Numbered from the stretch's first letter, positions 18,476 to 28,455 are shown. The stretch: DNA of 64,000 nt from a bacterium (GCA_963669175.1 OY769902.1:1600001-1664000), one strand, 5' to 3'. The notes: a model not told the origin generated them from the sequence alone. Numbers and translations: made by a program.

Positions 18476-18766
18476 ATGGATACCAAGAAAATATTGCAGC
18501 GTGCACTTGCTTATACAGAATCTCTTTCCGACGAGGATTGGGAAAAAGATTTCAGAGAGTTCTGTCCGGAGGTTGTCCCGCAGGAAGAAAGAAGTTCGCG
18601 TAGTCTTCGAAATGGAGTAAACCGGGTAAAAAGAGGTAAAACGAGAAATTCAAAGATTTCGAAAACCGGAAAAGGCCGATCAACATCAAGACACCTACAC
18701 GGATCTCCCGGAATCAGCGCCACGAATACAGCACATAAAACTCCGAAACGAAAAGCGACAGCATAA
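18476..18766 (+). CDS. Small hypothetical protein, putative antitoxin partner
   Basis: Starts 1 nt after the previous stop with an AGGAGG RBS; acidic helical N-terminus and basic disordered tail. Confidence 0.6.
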   Translation: MDTKKILQRALAYTESLSDEDWEKDFREFCPEVVPQEERSSRSLRNGVNRVKRGKTRNSKISKTGKGRSTSRHLHGSPGISATNTAHKTPKRKATA

Positions 18767-18794
18767 ATTTCGTCTCCAAAGGTTCATGGTTAAT

Positions 18795-18834
18795 AAAAAG
18801 AAAGACAGACGTATTCTCGCGTCTGTCTTTCTTT
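18795..18834. terminator. Bidirectional intrinsic terminator
   Basis: AAAGAAAGACAGACG...CGTCTGTCTTTCTTT between convergent genes. Confidence 0.8.
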
Positions 18835-18849
18835 CTCGTTCTGTTTCTT

Positions 18850-20706
18850 TCAGAGATTCTTTTCAAGTTCATCCACCAGAGTAGACAGCGCATCTGGCAC
18901 AGCGCGAATCACTTCCGGTTTTTCCAGATTCACACCGGCCTGTCGCAACTGTTCCATCGGATGATCACTGCCGCCGGAACCCAGTAACGTCAACACATCT
19001 TCTGCCGTCTTCTTGCGCTCGCCTGCGTCCTGCGATAGCAGACGCTGGTGCAATACCTGGCTGGAGGCGAAGCAGGTGGCGTACTGGTAAACATAATAGG
19101 GCGACCCGAAGAAATGCGGGATACGCGCCCAGGTAATCCGGTACAGGTCATCCAGTTCCAGCGCATCGCCGTAGTACTCCTGCAATAGCCCGAAATACAC
19201 TTCGCTCAAGGTATCCGCAGTAATCGGTATTCCCTCTTCGGCCAGCTTGTGTGCGCGTAACTCGTAATCCGCGAACATCACCTGCGTGAAGAACGTCCCG
19301 GTGATATTGTCAATCGCCTGTTGCAGCAGGACAATTTTCTCTTTCGAATCGGTCGAACGTGCCAGCATCAGGTCCAGCAACAGGGCTTCATTCAGGGTTG
19401 AGGCTACTTCCGCGACAAAGATGGTGTAGCTGTGGGTGGCGTAGGGCTGCTTTTCACCGGACAGCAAAGTGTGCATGCTGTGGCCCATCTCATGCGCCAC
19501 GGTAAACACATTGTCCAGGGTGTCGTTATAATTCAGCAGCATATAAGGATGCACGCCATATACGCCCGCCGAATACGCTCCGCTTCGTTTCCCTGTGTTC
19601 TCGTATACATCCACCCAGCCGCCGCCAAATGCTTTCCGCAGGCGTTTCTGGTAAGCCGTCCCCAACGGAGCAACCGACTCGATGATCATGTCCGAGATGG
19701 TATCATAGGGGTATTCTTTATCAAATTCGACCAACGGCAGGCTGCCGTCATACAGGTGGTATTCATCCAGTCCCATCAGTTTTTTACGCAGTTTCATGTA
19801 GCGCTGAACCGGGGCCGTATTTTTCCGTGTGGTCTTGATCAGGTTCTCATACACCCCGACCGGGATGTTGTTGCCATGCAACTTTGCTTCAAGGGTACTA
19901 CCGAAATTCCGTGCCTGCGCACTGGCCCAGTCACGCTGGCACACACCGTTGTAGATATTGGCAAACGTGTTCAGGCTTTTCTTAAACGAGGCAAAATGCG
20001 CTTCAAATGCTTTCCGGCGATCTTCCTGCTTTTTCAGGGTACGTAGCAGTTTGGTGTACTGAGCATACGAAACCGCGACCTTATCTCCAGTGGACAGCTC
20101 AGCGGTTTCGAACTTCATGTCGGCCGTGGAAAGCGCCTGGTAGATCTGAGAAGGCGTGGCCTTGAGCTGGCTGTAGTAGGATAGCAGACGTTCGCCGGTT
20201 TCATCCAGCACATGTTCACGGCTGCGATAGAGCTCACGGATCGGGAAAGCGTACGGTTCAAGTTCCGGGGTTTGCGCCAGCCACCATTCCATCTGGTCCT
20301 GCTTGATGGTCAAGAGTTCGGGATCGAACCACGCCGTCGCGGTGGAGAATCGAGCGAACAGGATTTGCACCTGCTGCATGCGAGCGTTGATGCTGTTGTC
20401 ACGCTGGTCGGTGTCATAGGTCAGGTGCGCATAGCTGAACACCTTGTCCGCCAGCATGCCCAGCTCATCACTGAGTTTGAAGGCTTCGAGGATTACTGAC
20501 GGCCCGGAGTCCAGTGCGCCACGGTACTGCTGGAACTTCTCCATCAGCTCTTCGATCTTCTTCAGGTCTGCATCCCATTCTTCCCAGCCGGGATAAATGT
20601 GGTCGAGCTTCCACTTGTAGCGTTTATCTATCTCTGCGCGTTCTTTGGTGTCGCCAGTGGCGGAATCTGTATCGAAAAAGGTTCTGTTCGCTGGTTCGAA
20701 TCGCAT
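18850..20706 (-). CDS. pepF: Oligoendopeptidase F (peptidase M3B)
   Basis: YKWKLDHIY, GKRSGAYS, HPYMLLNY, AHEMGHSMH, AEVAST, WARIPHF and YVYQYAT. Confidence 0.96.
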   Translation of the reverse strand: MRFEPANRTFFDTDSATGDTKERAEIDKRYKWKLDHIYPGWEEWDADLKKIEELMEKFQQYRGALDSGPSVILEAFKLSDELGMLADKVFSYAHLTYDTDQRDNSINARMQQVQILFARFSTATAWFDPELLTIKQDQMEWWLAQTPELEPYAFPIRELYRSREHVLDETGERLLSYYSQLKATPSQIYQALSTADMKFETAELSTGDKVAVSYAQYTKLLRTLKKQEDRRKAFEAHFASFKKSLNTFANIYNGVCQRDWASAQARNFGSTLEAKLHGNNIPVGVYENLIKTTRKNTAPVQRYMKLRKKLMGLDEYHLYDGSLPLVEFDKEYPYDTISDMIIESVAPLGTAYQKRLRKAFGGGWVDVYENTGKRSGAYSAGVYGVHPYMLLNYNDTLDNVFTVAHEMGHSMHTLLSGEKQPYATHSYTIFVAEVASTLNEALLLDLMLARSTDSKEKIVLLQQAIDNITGTFFTQVMFADYELRAHKLAEEGIPITADTLSEVYFGLLQEYYGDALELDDLYRITWARIPHFFGSPYYVYQYATCFASSQVLHQRLLSQDAGERKKTAEDVLTLLGSGGSDHPMEQLRQAGVNLEKPEVIRAVPDALSTLVDELEKNL

Positions 20707-20846
20707 CTGTTGTTCCTTCTGGTTCAGGTTGACGATTCAAAGTATCTGCCTCCCCGTCGTCGGGCAAGGGATATCTCTATTGACAGGAGAGCGGCCTGTT
20801 TCGGACATTGCAACAAACCCGGTCACCTGACTTGGAGCTGTTCCGG

Positions 20847-21626
20847 ATGTTACAGTCGAAGCGTACTGTCCTCATCATACTCGTTGCCCTGCTGCAGATG
20901 TTCCTGTTCATGCAGGTTTCTGTCGCCCAGGAGGCGCCTGCGACTGTACCTGGACAGCCCGCCACTCCGCAAACGCTTACCCCTGCGCCACTGGTACAGT
21001 GGATTTTACAGGGACGCACCCGTTTGATCCAGCAACGTCTGCAGATGAACCGTTGGCCAATCGGTACCCCGGAACGCAGTCTCGCGCAGGCCGTTCTCGA
21101 ACCTGACGGTAACAAGGCCTTTTCCCAGTTCAAAGCGTTGTCACGTTCACCGTCTGTCAGTGATTCCATTGTGACTGTCGCCTGGTTTCATTTGTATGGC
21201 TATTATCGTTTGAAGGGTGACGCCGCCGGGCAGACCAATGCGCTGGAGATGATGCGTGAAAATCTGCCACTTGCCCAGGCTTTGTTTCAGGGACCGTTGC
21301 CGCCACCTCCCTCAACCGACCCGCTCGACTTCCTGATGCACGAAGACGAGAGTACAATACAACCCGACCCCGATGCGGGCCGAGATCCCAACGGCGTCTA
21401 CAGCCTTCAACTGGGAGCGTTCAGCAGTCAGGCCAATGCGGAACGGTTCGCCTCTTCCAGACGTTCCCTCGGGATAGAGGTCTTTGTCCATCCTGTTCCA
21501 CGAGGTTCCTCAACCCTCTACACTGTCCGTGCCGGGCACTTCACCACGGAATCCCAGGCGTTGGAGTTCGGTACCAGGCGAATCGGTACCGCGGGAAAGG
21601 ATTTTTCGGTGGTAAGAAATCATTGA
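20847..21626 (+). CDS. SPOR-domain exported protein
   Basis: Signal peptide from ATG 20847; C-terminal YSLQLGAFSSQANAE...LYTVRAGHF. Confidence 0.85.
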   Translation: MLQSKRTVLIILVALLQMFLFMQVSVAQEAPATVPGQPATPQTLTPAPLVQWILQGRTRLIQQRLQMNRWPIGTPERSLAQAVLEPDGNKAFSQFKALSRSPSVSDSIVTVAWFHLYGYYRLKGDAAGQTNALEMMRENLPLAQALFQGPLPPPPSTDPLDFLMHEDESTIQPDPDAGRDPNGVYSLQLGAFSSQANAERFASSRRSLGIEVFVHPVPRGSSTLYTVRAGHFTTESQALEFGTRRIGTAGKDFSVVRNH

Positions 21627-21717
21627 TACTTCCACTATTCCTCTTGATTCATTCCTCTCGTAATACATAGTTTGAAATAGTGTATCCTGTTATATACTTC
21701 GCAAAATGGGGGTAATC

Positions 21718-22323
21718 ATGTCACGCATGCGTTTACTGCTTGCCACAGCGCTATTCCTTTTCCTGTCTCTTATCCTTGCCGGTTGTGACGGCGATGACGA
21801 CGTTCAGGAAATTTACATCGACCCCTTCCAGGCACAGGTGGGTTCTTCCTGGACCTATGAGATCAACAGGGATTCCGAGACCCATCGCATAAGGCCGCTG
21901 ATCCAGGTGGCGGAGGTTGAGTATGCGGACGGGATCAAAGTTTATCATTATGACACTTCAGGCGAATATGTAAACTACTGGGATGAAGAGGGTCTGCACG
22001 AATCGATCACTCCCCCGGATTCCACTCCCGATGTCGATGGCGGTTGGGCGAACTGGTTTTTCAAATACCCGGTAGAAGCTGGGGAGACCTGGGAATGCTT
22101 CAGCGATCCCGGCCCCTACAACACGACCTGTGTCTCGGCGGGTACATCGGTGACAGTTCCCTACGGAACTGTCGAGAATTGCCTGCTTTACCGTATTGAT
22201 AGCCGCAATTCTTATGAAGAGTATGTCTGGATTAAACCGGATATCGGCATTATCAAGCGTGCCTTTTACAGCAGCGACGGTGAGAATACGACAAATATGA
22301 GCCTGGTTTCTTTTTCGTTATAA
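21718..22323 (+). CDS. Hypothetical lipoprotein
   Basis: Lipobox LAGC; VGSSWTY...SVTVPYGT...WIKPDIGIIK; paralogue of the next locus. Confidence 0.85.
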   Translation: MSRMRLLLATALFLFLSLILAGCDGDDDVQEIYIDPFQAQVGSSWTYEINRDSETHRIRPLIQVAEVEYADGIKVYHYDTSGEYVNYWDEEGLHESITPPDSTPDVDGGWANWFFKYPVEAGETWECFSDPGPYNTTCVSAGTSVTVPYGTVENCLLYRIDSRNSYEEYVWIKPDIGIIKRAFYSSDGENTTNMSLVSFSL

Positions 22324-22396
22324 CGAGGTGTGTTGATGAAAACGGGACAGACCACTTGCAGGTCTGTCGCTGTTTTACACTAAAAAGGGGGTAATT

Positions 22397-23007
22397 ATAC
22401 CACACAATCGTCTGCTGCCTGTCGGAATTATCCTGCTTCTCCTCATCTTGGCCGGATGTGATAATTCCACAGATTCTTCTGATTCTATTGAGTATGTGAG
22501 CCGTTTGATGCCCGGGTGGGGGCGTATTGGACCTACGAAATCAGCCCGGATATTCCCCTCGATGCGCGTATTCACCCTACGGTTAAAGTTGAATCCATTG
22601 TCTATCGTGGTGATACCAAGTATTACCACTATGACACTGCCGGACGGTACTGGAATTGCTGGGATGGAGAAGGCTTACAGGAAAATATTTCGCCACCGGA
22701 CTCTTTGGAAGAGATTGTAGTGGGAGGGTGGAAGAACTGGTATTTCAAGTACCCGACCGAAGAAGGCGAAAGCTGGGAAGGATTCGGATATGGTGGCCCA
22801 TACGACATCGGTTGTATCGCTGCTGATGTTTCAGTAACAGTTCCCTACGGTACTATCGATCATTGTTTCGTGTACCGGTCCCTTCACTCTGGTCAATACG
22901 TGGAAGATGTCTGGATTCAGCCAGCGATCGGAATCGTCAAACGCCATATGGTTTTCCGTGATAGCGACCTGGTTGTTGACGTGAAGTTGGTGGATTATGC
23001 GTTGTGA
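22397..23007 (+). pseudogene. Frameshifted lipoprotein paralogue
   Basis: The start position reads ATA where the paralogue has ATG. The LILAGCDNS frame joins the EPFDARVGAYWTY frame only by restoring one base near 22497; the remainder aligns with 21718-22323. Confidence 0.75.
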
Positions 23008-23195
23008 GGCCGGAAATCTGACGTGAAGGATGTGCCTGGTATTATTGTATCAACCGCAGTGAAATATCATGACGAGCAGGTTCCGGACAACACCAGGCGA
23101 CATCGTTTCCGGGATGAAATAGCTACTCTTGAAAATTAACCGTCATGAGATAATCCAATGAACGATTCATAAGTGATAGGGGAGGAGCATATGGA

Positions 23196-23383
23196 AAAAT
23201 GGGACAGTTTCCTTTCCCTGGGATCAAGTCGTTCCGCTGTATTTATAGTTCGGGAAAGGTGACTGTACCCTTTTTCTTGAGAGCAGGCAGGAAGTACACG
23301 GAAAAGGTGACAGTTTCCTTTTCCAGGAATACTTCACGAATATTCTGCATAAGCGCGAGGAAAAGGATCCCGTCCCCTTTTCC
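23196..23383. repeat. REP-like cluster (AAAAGGTGACTGTACC / GGGACAG family)
   Basis: AAAATGGGACAGTTTCCTTTCCC, GGGAAAGGTGACTGTACCCTTTT, AAAAGGTGACAGTTTCCTTTTCC and GGAAAAGGATCCCGTCCCCTTTTCC; family recurs at ~26780-27020, 28687, 29648, 41370-41450, 63093 and 63930-64000. Confidence 0.7.
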
Positions 23384-23465
23384 CGGCCAGCTCAGTTATG
23401 ACGGAATAAAATCGAGAACAGCTAAATAACGCCCCATTCTTTTTCTTCCGGAAACATTCTCACTC

Positions 23466-23494
23466 TTGACCTCTACAGGTAAAATAGATAGAAT
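23466..23494 (+). promoter_or_regulatory. Sigma70-type promoter
   Basis: TTGACC-N17-TAGAAT upstream of the RecQ-like gene. Confidence 0.6.
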
Positions 23495-23540
23495 TGAAGT
23501 ATTCTGAATGTTGTTGGATGAGTGATACTCGTATCAGGAG

Positions 23541-25625
23541 GTGGTAATGAGCGTCCCTGTTTCTGAGGCAGACGCTTTACAGCTTCTCAGAAGATCTCTT
23601 GAAAATCCCACCGCATCCTTCCGGCAGGGCCAACGGGAAAGTATCCAGGCACTGTTGCAGGGCAAACGTCTCCTCGTCGTCCAGCGTACCGGCTGGGGGA
23701 AAAGCATGGTCTATTTTCTGGCAACCCGTCTGCTCCGTGATCGTAACTCTGGTCCCACTCTGTTAATATCTCCCCTCTTGTCCCTGATGCGTAACCAGAT
23801 TCAGGCGGCAGAACGTATTGGTATCCGTGCCGCTTCTATCAACTCCAATAACAATGACGACTGGCAGGAGATCACCGATGAACTGTTGGGAAATCACATT
23901 GATATTCTGTTGATCTCGCCCGAACGACTGGCAAACGAGAAATTCCGGCAAACGGTATTGCAGGCAATCGCAAACAAAATCGGTCTCTTTGTTGTGGATG
24001 AAGCGCACTGTATCAGTGATTGGGGACATGATTTTCGTCCCGACTACAAGCGTATTGTGCGTGTTCTGCAAATCCTCCCAGATACAATTCCTGTACTTGC
24101 GACAACAGCCACTGCCAACAATCGTGTTGTGGAAGATGTAGCCCGTCAATTGGGCAACCTCGACGTCATTCGAGGGCCGTTGATCCGTGAGAGCCTGCGT
24201 CTTCAAAATATCATGATGCCGAATAAGGCTGCACGGATGGCCTGGCTGGCGGAAGTCCTGCCACAAGTTGAGGGAAGCGGTATTGTATATACCCTGACTA
24301 TCCGCGATGCGGAACGAGTCGCTGAGTGGCTGCGGTTAAATGACATCAATGCCGTGGCTTATCATTCAAAAAGCCTGGAAGACCGGGAAGAGCTTGAGCA
24401 GAGATTACTTCGAAATGATATCAAAGTCCTGGTCGCTACTGTGGCGCTGGGAATGGGGTTTGACAAGCCTGACCTGTCTTTTGTTATTCATTTTCAGCGC
24501 CCTGGCTCAGTTGTCCATTATTATCAGCAGGTTGGACGTGCGGGGCGAGCTGTTGATCACGCTTTCGGGATACTCCTGGGCGGCGAAGAGGATCAGGAGA
24601 TTACGGACTATTTCATTAAAAACGCGTTTCCTCCCCAGGTTCATGTGGAGAAGATCTTGAAAGCTCTGGATAGTGCCGAAGATGGATTATCCATAAATGA
24701 AATGCAGCAACACATGAATCTGTCATTCGGGCAAATAAACAAAGTCCTGTCCCTGCTGGTTGTGGAGGAGGTGTCTCCTGTATACAAAGATGGACACAAA
24801 TGGTATCGTACCCCAACAGAATATCAATTGAATACTCAACAGATTGAAGCGCTGACCGAGTTGCGTCATGCCGAGCAACATCAAATGCAGCAGTACATGG
24901 AATGTCCAACATGCCTGATGCGATTCATGGCCAGCGCTCTTGACGATCCTTATGCTTCAACCTGCGGAAAATGTGAACCTTGCATGGGGCACCCGTTATT
25001 GCCACTGGATGCCGACGAGCGTTTAACCAATCGCGCCACCATATTCCTGAAGCGTAGCCACCAGGTCATTCAGCCACGCCAGCGATGGTTGTACAAGTTC
25101 AGCAGGCATGACTGGAAAGGCACAATTCCGGAGGAGCTGCGTGCAGAACCTGGCATGGCGTTATCCCTGTGGGGGGATGCCGGGTGGGGAACCCACGTTC
25201 GCAACGGTAAGTACCGGGACAACAGGTTCAGCGATCTGCTCGTGGATGCTTGTGTTGAAATGATTCAGAAATGGAGTCCTAAACCTTTCCCCGGATGGGT
25301 CACCTGCGTTCCTTCATTATTGCACCCGGAACTGGTGCCTGATTGTGCCAGGCGACTTGCGGCAAAATTGAACTTGCCCTTCCTTCCCTGTGTGCAGAAA
25401 AAGGCTGTGAATGCTCCCCAGAAACAGATGGTAAACAGCTTTCAACAGGCGAAAAATCTTGATGGCGTGTTTGACGTGCAGGGACTTGTCCCCGATGGGA
25501 GCGTCTTTCTCTTCGATGATATGGTAGATTCGGGGTGGACAATGACCGTGATATCCGCTTTATTACGTGAAAGTGGAAGCGGACCTGTTTTCCCGCTTGC
25601 GTTGGCTTTGGATTCCCAAACATGA
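23541..25625 (+). CDS. rqlH: RecQ-family helicase with C-terminal ComF/PRTase-like domain (PsyrT/RqlH type)
   Basis: QRTGWGKS, VVDEAHCISDWGHDFRPDY, GMGFDKPD, YYQQVGRAGR, zinc module C..CGKCEPC and C-terminal FLFDDMVDSGWT. Confidence 0.88.
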   Translation: MVMSVPVSEADALQLLRRSLENPTASFRQGQRESIQALLQGKRLLVVQRTGWGKSMVYFLATRLLRDRNSGPTLLISPLLSLMRNQIQAAERIGIRAASINSNNNDDWQEITDELLGNHIDILLISPERLANEKFRQTVLQAIANKIGLFVVDEAHCISDWGHDFRPDYKRIVRVLQILPDTIPVLATTATANNRVVEDVARQLGNLDVIRGPLIRESLRLQNIMMPNKAARMAWLAEVLPQVEGSGIVYTLTIRDAERVAEWLRLNDINAVAYHSKSLEDREELEQRLLRNDIKVLVATVALGMGFDKPDLSFVIHFQRPGSVVHYYQQVGRAGRAVDHAFGILLGGEEDQEITDYFIKNAFPPQVHVEKILKALDSAEDGLSINEMQQHMNLSFGQINKVLSLLVVEEVSPVYKDGHKWYRTPTEYQLNTQQIEALTELRHAEQHQMQQYMECPTCLMRFMASALDDPYASTCGKCEPCMGHPLLPLDADERLTNRATIFLKRSHQVIQPRQRWLYKFSRHDWKGTIPEELRAEPGMALSLWGDAGWGTHVRNGKYRDNRFSDLLVDACVEMIQKWSPKPFPGWVTCVPSLLHPELVPDCARRLAAKLNLPFLPCVQKKAVNAPQKQMVNSFQQAKNLDGVFDVQGLVPDGSVFLFDDMVDSGWTMTVISALLRESGSGPVFPLALALDSQT

Positions 25626-26629
25626 ATGGAAGGTGGATGAGCACAACAGCGTTGACCAAAGACAGTAAAGCCATTCTTCTGTTATGCGGCGTGTTTGGCG
25701 GCAAGAGTGACCGTGATGGCAGCAAACCGCTCACGAACACAGAATACAACAAAGTTGCCGCTTTGCTGGTGTCACATCAACTTTCACCGAAAGACCTGCT
25801 GGATACGGGAACGCTTGAAGACTTGCAGCTAGATCTGGATCGTTCAGTAGGATACTCCCGAATTGTGGATTTACTTGCTCGTGGTGCAACCCTTGCTTTC
25901 GCGCTTGAGACCTGGATGAATAAGGGAATCTGGATTCTTACCCGAAGCGATTCCGCCTATCCCGAAGCTTTAAGGACACGTTTGGGCAATGCCAGCCCGC
26001 CTATTCTCTATGGTGTTGGGGATCTGGCCTTGATCAATCAGGAAGGATTGGCCGTTGTCGGCTCTCGAAATGTGGATGAGGCAGGCGAACAGTACACGGC
26101 GGAAATAGGACAATTCTGCGCAAGCCGCGATGTTTCCATCATTTCCGGTGGGGCTCGTGGTGTAGATCAGGTTGCCATGCTGGCGGCTCTGAACAGTCGG
26201 GGGACTGCTGTAGGCGTAGTGGCTGACAGTCTGCTGAAAACAGCCGTGGCAGGGAAATTTCGAGATGCCATCATGGATAAACGGCTCTTGTTGCTTTCAC
26301 CTTACAACCCGGATGCGCGCTTTACAGTCGGCAACGCGATGGGGCGGAATAGATACATTTATGCGCTGTCCCAATTTGCTCTGATCATCAGCGCTGAGAA
26401 GAACAGCGGTGGCACATGGGCCGGCGCTTCAGAAGAATTAAAACGCCCCAACGGGATTAGCGTCTTTGTTCGATCTGAAGGGAAAATGCCTAACGGGAAC
26501 GATGCTCTGATTGCACTGGGGGCGTATCCATTCCCCGCACGTCCCTGGGATGACTCGCTGTTCTCCACGCTCAAGAACATGAATAATGATCGCGGAAACA
26601 AATTTGAACAAACCTCCCTGTTTGATTAA
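25622..26629 (+). CDS. rqlI: DprA/Smf-family protein (PsyrA/RqlI type)
   Basis: YP...PPILYGVG, AVVGSR, SGGARGVD, AMGRNRYIYALS and GGTWAGA; ATGA overlap with the helicase stop. Confidence 0.88.
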   Translation: MNGRWMSTTALTKDSKAILLLCGVFGGKSDRDGSKPLTNTEYNKVAALLVSHQLSPKDLLDTGTLEDLQLDLDRSVGYSRIVDLLARGATLAFALETWMNKGIWILTRSDSAYPEALRTRLGNASPPILYGVGDLALINQEGLAVVGSRNVDEAGEQYTAEIGQFCASRDVSIISGGARGVDQVAMLAALNSRGTAVGVVADSLLKTAVAGKFRDAIMDKRLLLLSPYNPDARFTVGNAMGRNRYIYALSQFALIISAEKNSGGTWAGASEELKRPNGISVFVRSEGKMPNGNDALIALGAYPFPARPWDDSLFSTLKNMNNDRGNKFEQTSLFD

Positions 26630-26779
26630 TCCTCATATCTCGCAAATCTCGTAGTTGGGCAACCCGCTGCCGGATTGATTAGGAGGAAAGCTTTTCCTGT
26701 CGTGTTCTCAAAATGCACACTGAACCTGCATGGTTAGCGCCCCTTCGTGTGTGTGGAGGAGTATCTACGGAGTGGCGGC

Positions 26780-27021
26780 GAAAAATGGGACTGCTACCTT
26801 TTCATCTTTGTCAAATCAGGATGTTGAATAGTGCGTTTCCGAAAAGGTAGCTGTACCGGATTTTTCGCCAGCTTGTTGTTCGATATCCGCAGGAAAATCC
26901 TGGGACAGCTACCTTTTCTGCCATTCTCTTGCCAGAAGAACGGTAATCATATTTATAAGCGGGCATTGACCTTGTTCTCAAGGAACTCTCTTGCAGAAAA
27001 GTGTAGCAGTCCCGATTTTCC
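26780..27021. repeat. REP-like cluster (GGGACAG family), two inverted pairs
   Basis: AAAAATGGGACTGCTACCTTTTC, GAAAAGGTAGCTGTACC, GGGACAGCTACCTTTTC and GAAAAGTGTAGCAGTCCCGATTTT. Confidence 0.7.
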
Positions 27022-27104
27022 GACGGATTTGGCCGCGTAGTTCAATCCATTCAGGGACGGTAATGACATAATGCGGCGCTGTTCATTTTGTATTCGGGCA
27101 GGGC

Positions 27105-27146
27105 AAAAAAGCCCCATCCGGACACTGAACATACCGGATGGGACTT
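27105..27146 (-). terminator. Intrinsic terminator of rsgA
   Basis: A6 followed by the CCCATCCGG...CCGGATGGG hairpin on +. Confidence 0.75.
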
Positions 27147-27189
27147 AGTGTTTACCAGGAACGAATGATGAATCAAGATTACTGCGAAA

Positions 27190-28263
27190 TTATCTTGACC
27201 TCTTCATTCGCCGGATCAGCTCACCCTCTTTTTTCAACTGTCCCCACACCTTTTCAGACTGTTTCCGCAAGTGTGCGTCATGGCGGATTTCAAAGGCGCG
27301 GGATTCATGCTGAAGCTTCAGATAGTTGTCCAGTCGTTCGGGATCGAGATCTCCATTGTCTACCGCAGTACGCACGGCGCAGCCCGGTTCGGATTCGTGG
27401 GAACAATCAGCAAACCGACACTTCACCGCCAGTTTTTCGATATCAGGAAACGCCGACTCGATTCCGGCTTCTTCCATGAGTTGCAGTTCACGCATGCCCG
27501 GAGTGTCAATCACCATTCCGCCATCGGGCAGGACAAACAGCTCACGGTGTGTCGTGGTATGGCGACCTTTCTGATCGCCTTCACGAACAGCGTTGGTTGC
27601 CAGACGCTGCTCACCGATAAGAGCGTTGATCATGGTGGACTTGCCGACACCCGAAGAACCGACAAAACAGGCGGTTTGACCGGACGGTATACGTGATCGT
27701 ATCGTCGCAATATCATCCTGATTCAAGGCGCTGACCAGCAACGCCTCCACACCGGGATTGCGCAGTTCAATGTCATACTGCTTTTCCGGACCGTCTTCAC
27801 ATTGATCCGCCTTGTTCAGCAACACCACCGGAGTTGCGCCACTGCTCCATACCATGGACAGGTAGCGTTCTATCCGGTTCAGACTGAAATCGGCATCCAG
27901 TGAAGTTGTGATGAAAACGGTGTCGATATTGGCCGCGATGACCTGGCTCCGGGTTTCATGACCACTGGCGCCACGCCGTAATACGGTTCTGCGCTCCAGG
28001 ATACGTTCAATCCGAACAGGATTGCCAGCCTCCAGCGAAGCAGCCAGCACAACCCAGTCCCCGACCTTCGGCAGGAGTTCATCGTTGCCGACGGTGGCTG
28101 TTTTTGACGGGAACAAGACCGGGCCTGTTCCTTCTTCTGAAATGCCGACACAACGGTCGCGGTGAACGGCTATGATACGCGCAATACGTGAACCGGTGAA
28201 ATCTTCCTCGTTTAACTGTATACTGAAAAACGCACTAAAACCCAAATCCTGAAGAGAATTCAT
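27190..28263 (-). CDS. rsgA: Ribosome small subunit-dependent GTPase A (RsgA family, long accessory-type paralogue)
   Basis: VGDWV, AANID, LNKAD, GSSGVGKST, GRHTTT, DTPGMRE and CRFADCSHESEPGC. Confidence 0.95.
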   Translation of the reverse strand: MNSLQDLGFSAFFSIQLNEEDFTGSRIARIIAVHRDRCVGISEEGTGPVLFPSKTATVGNDELLPKVGDWVVLAASLEAGNPVRIERILERRTVLRRGASGHETRSQVIAANIDTVFITTSLDADFSLNRIERYLSMVWSSGATPVVLLNKADQCEDGPEKQYDIELRNPGVEALLVSALNQDDIATIRSRIPSGQTACFVGSSGVGKSTMINALIGEQRLATNAVREGDQKGRHTTTHRELFVLPDGGMVIDTPGMRELQLMEEAGIESAFPDIEKLAVKCRFADCSHESEPGCAVRTAVDNGDLDPERLDNYLKLQHESRAFEIRHDAHLRKQSEKVWGQLKKEGELIRRMKRSR

Positions 28264-28455
28264 GGTTGGGATTCCTCATCTTTACAAAAATCTACACAAA
28301 AATGAACAACAAGAAACGTTCCGCCGAAACTCTCCGGCAGAATTTTTAACAGGGTGACTGAGGATCAACAACTATTGCGCCGGAAATCAGTATTCCCGGC
28401 CTGAAGACTGACCTTCAGCCTTACTTGTGAGGAACAACCAGCATGCAGCCTTTCT
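28264..28455 (-). promoter_or_regulatory. Putative translational attenuator with leader peptide MLVVPHK (28421-28444)
   Basis: AGAAAGG-N4-ATG 7-codon uORF, two hairpins after its stop, and GTTG..TCCTCA segments complementary to the rsgA RBS region TGAGGAATCCCAAC. Confidence 0.45.

Noticed and set aside
23541-26629. Housekeeping recQ and competence dprA
   Set aside because: The PRTase-like C-terminus (no HRDC domain) and translational coupling fit PsyrTA/RqlHI better.
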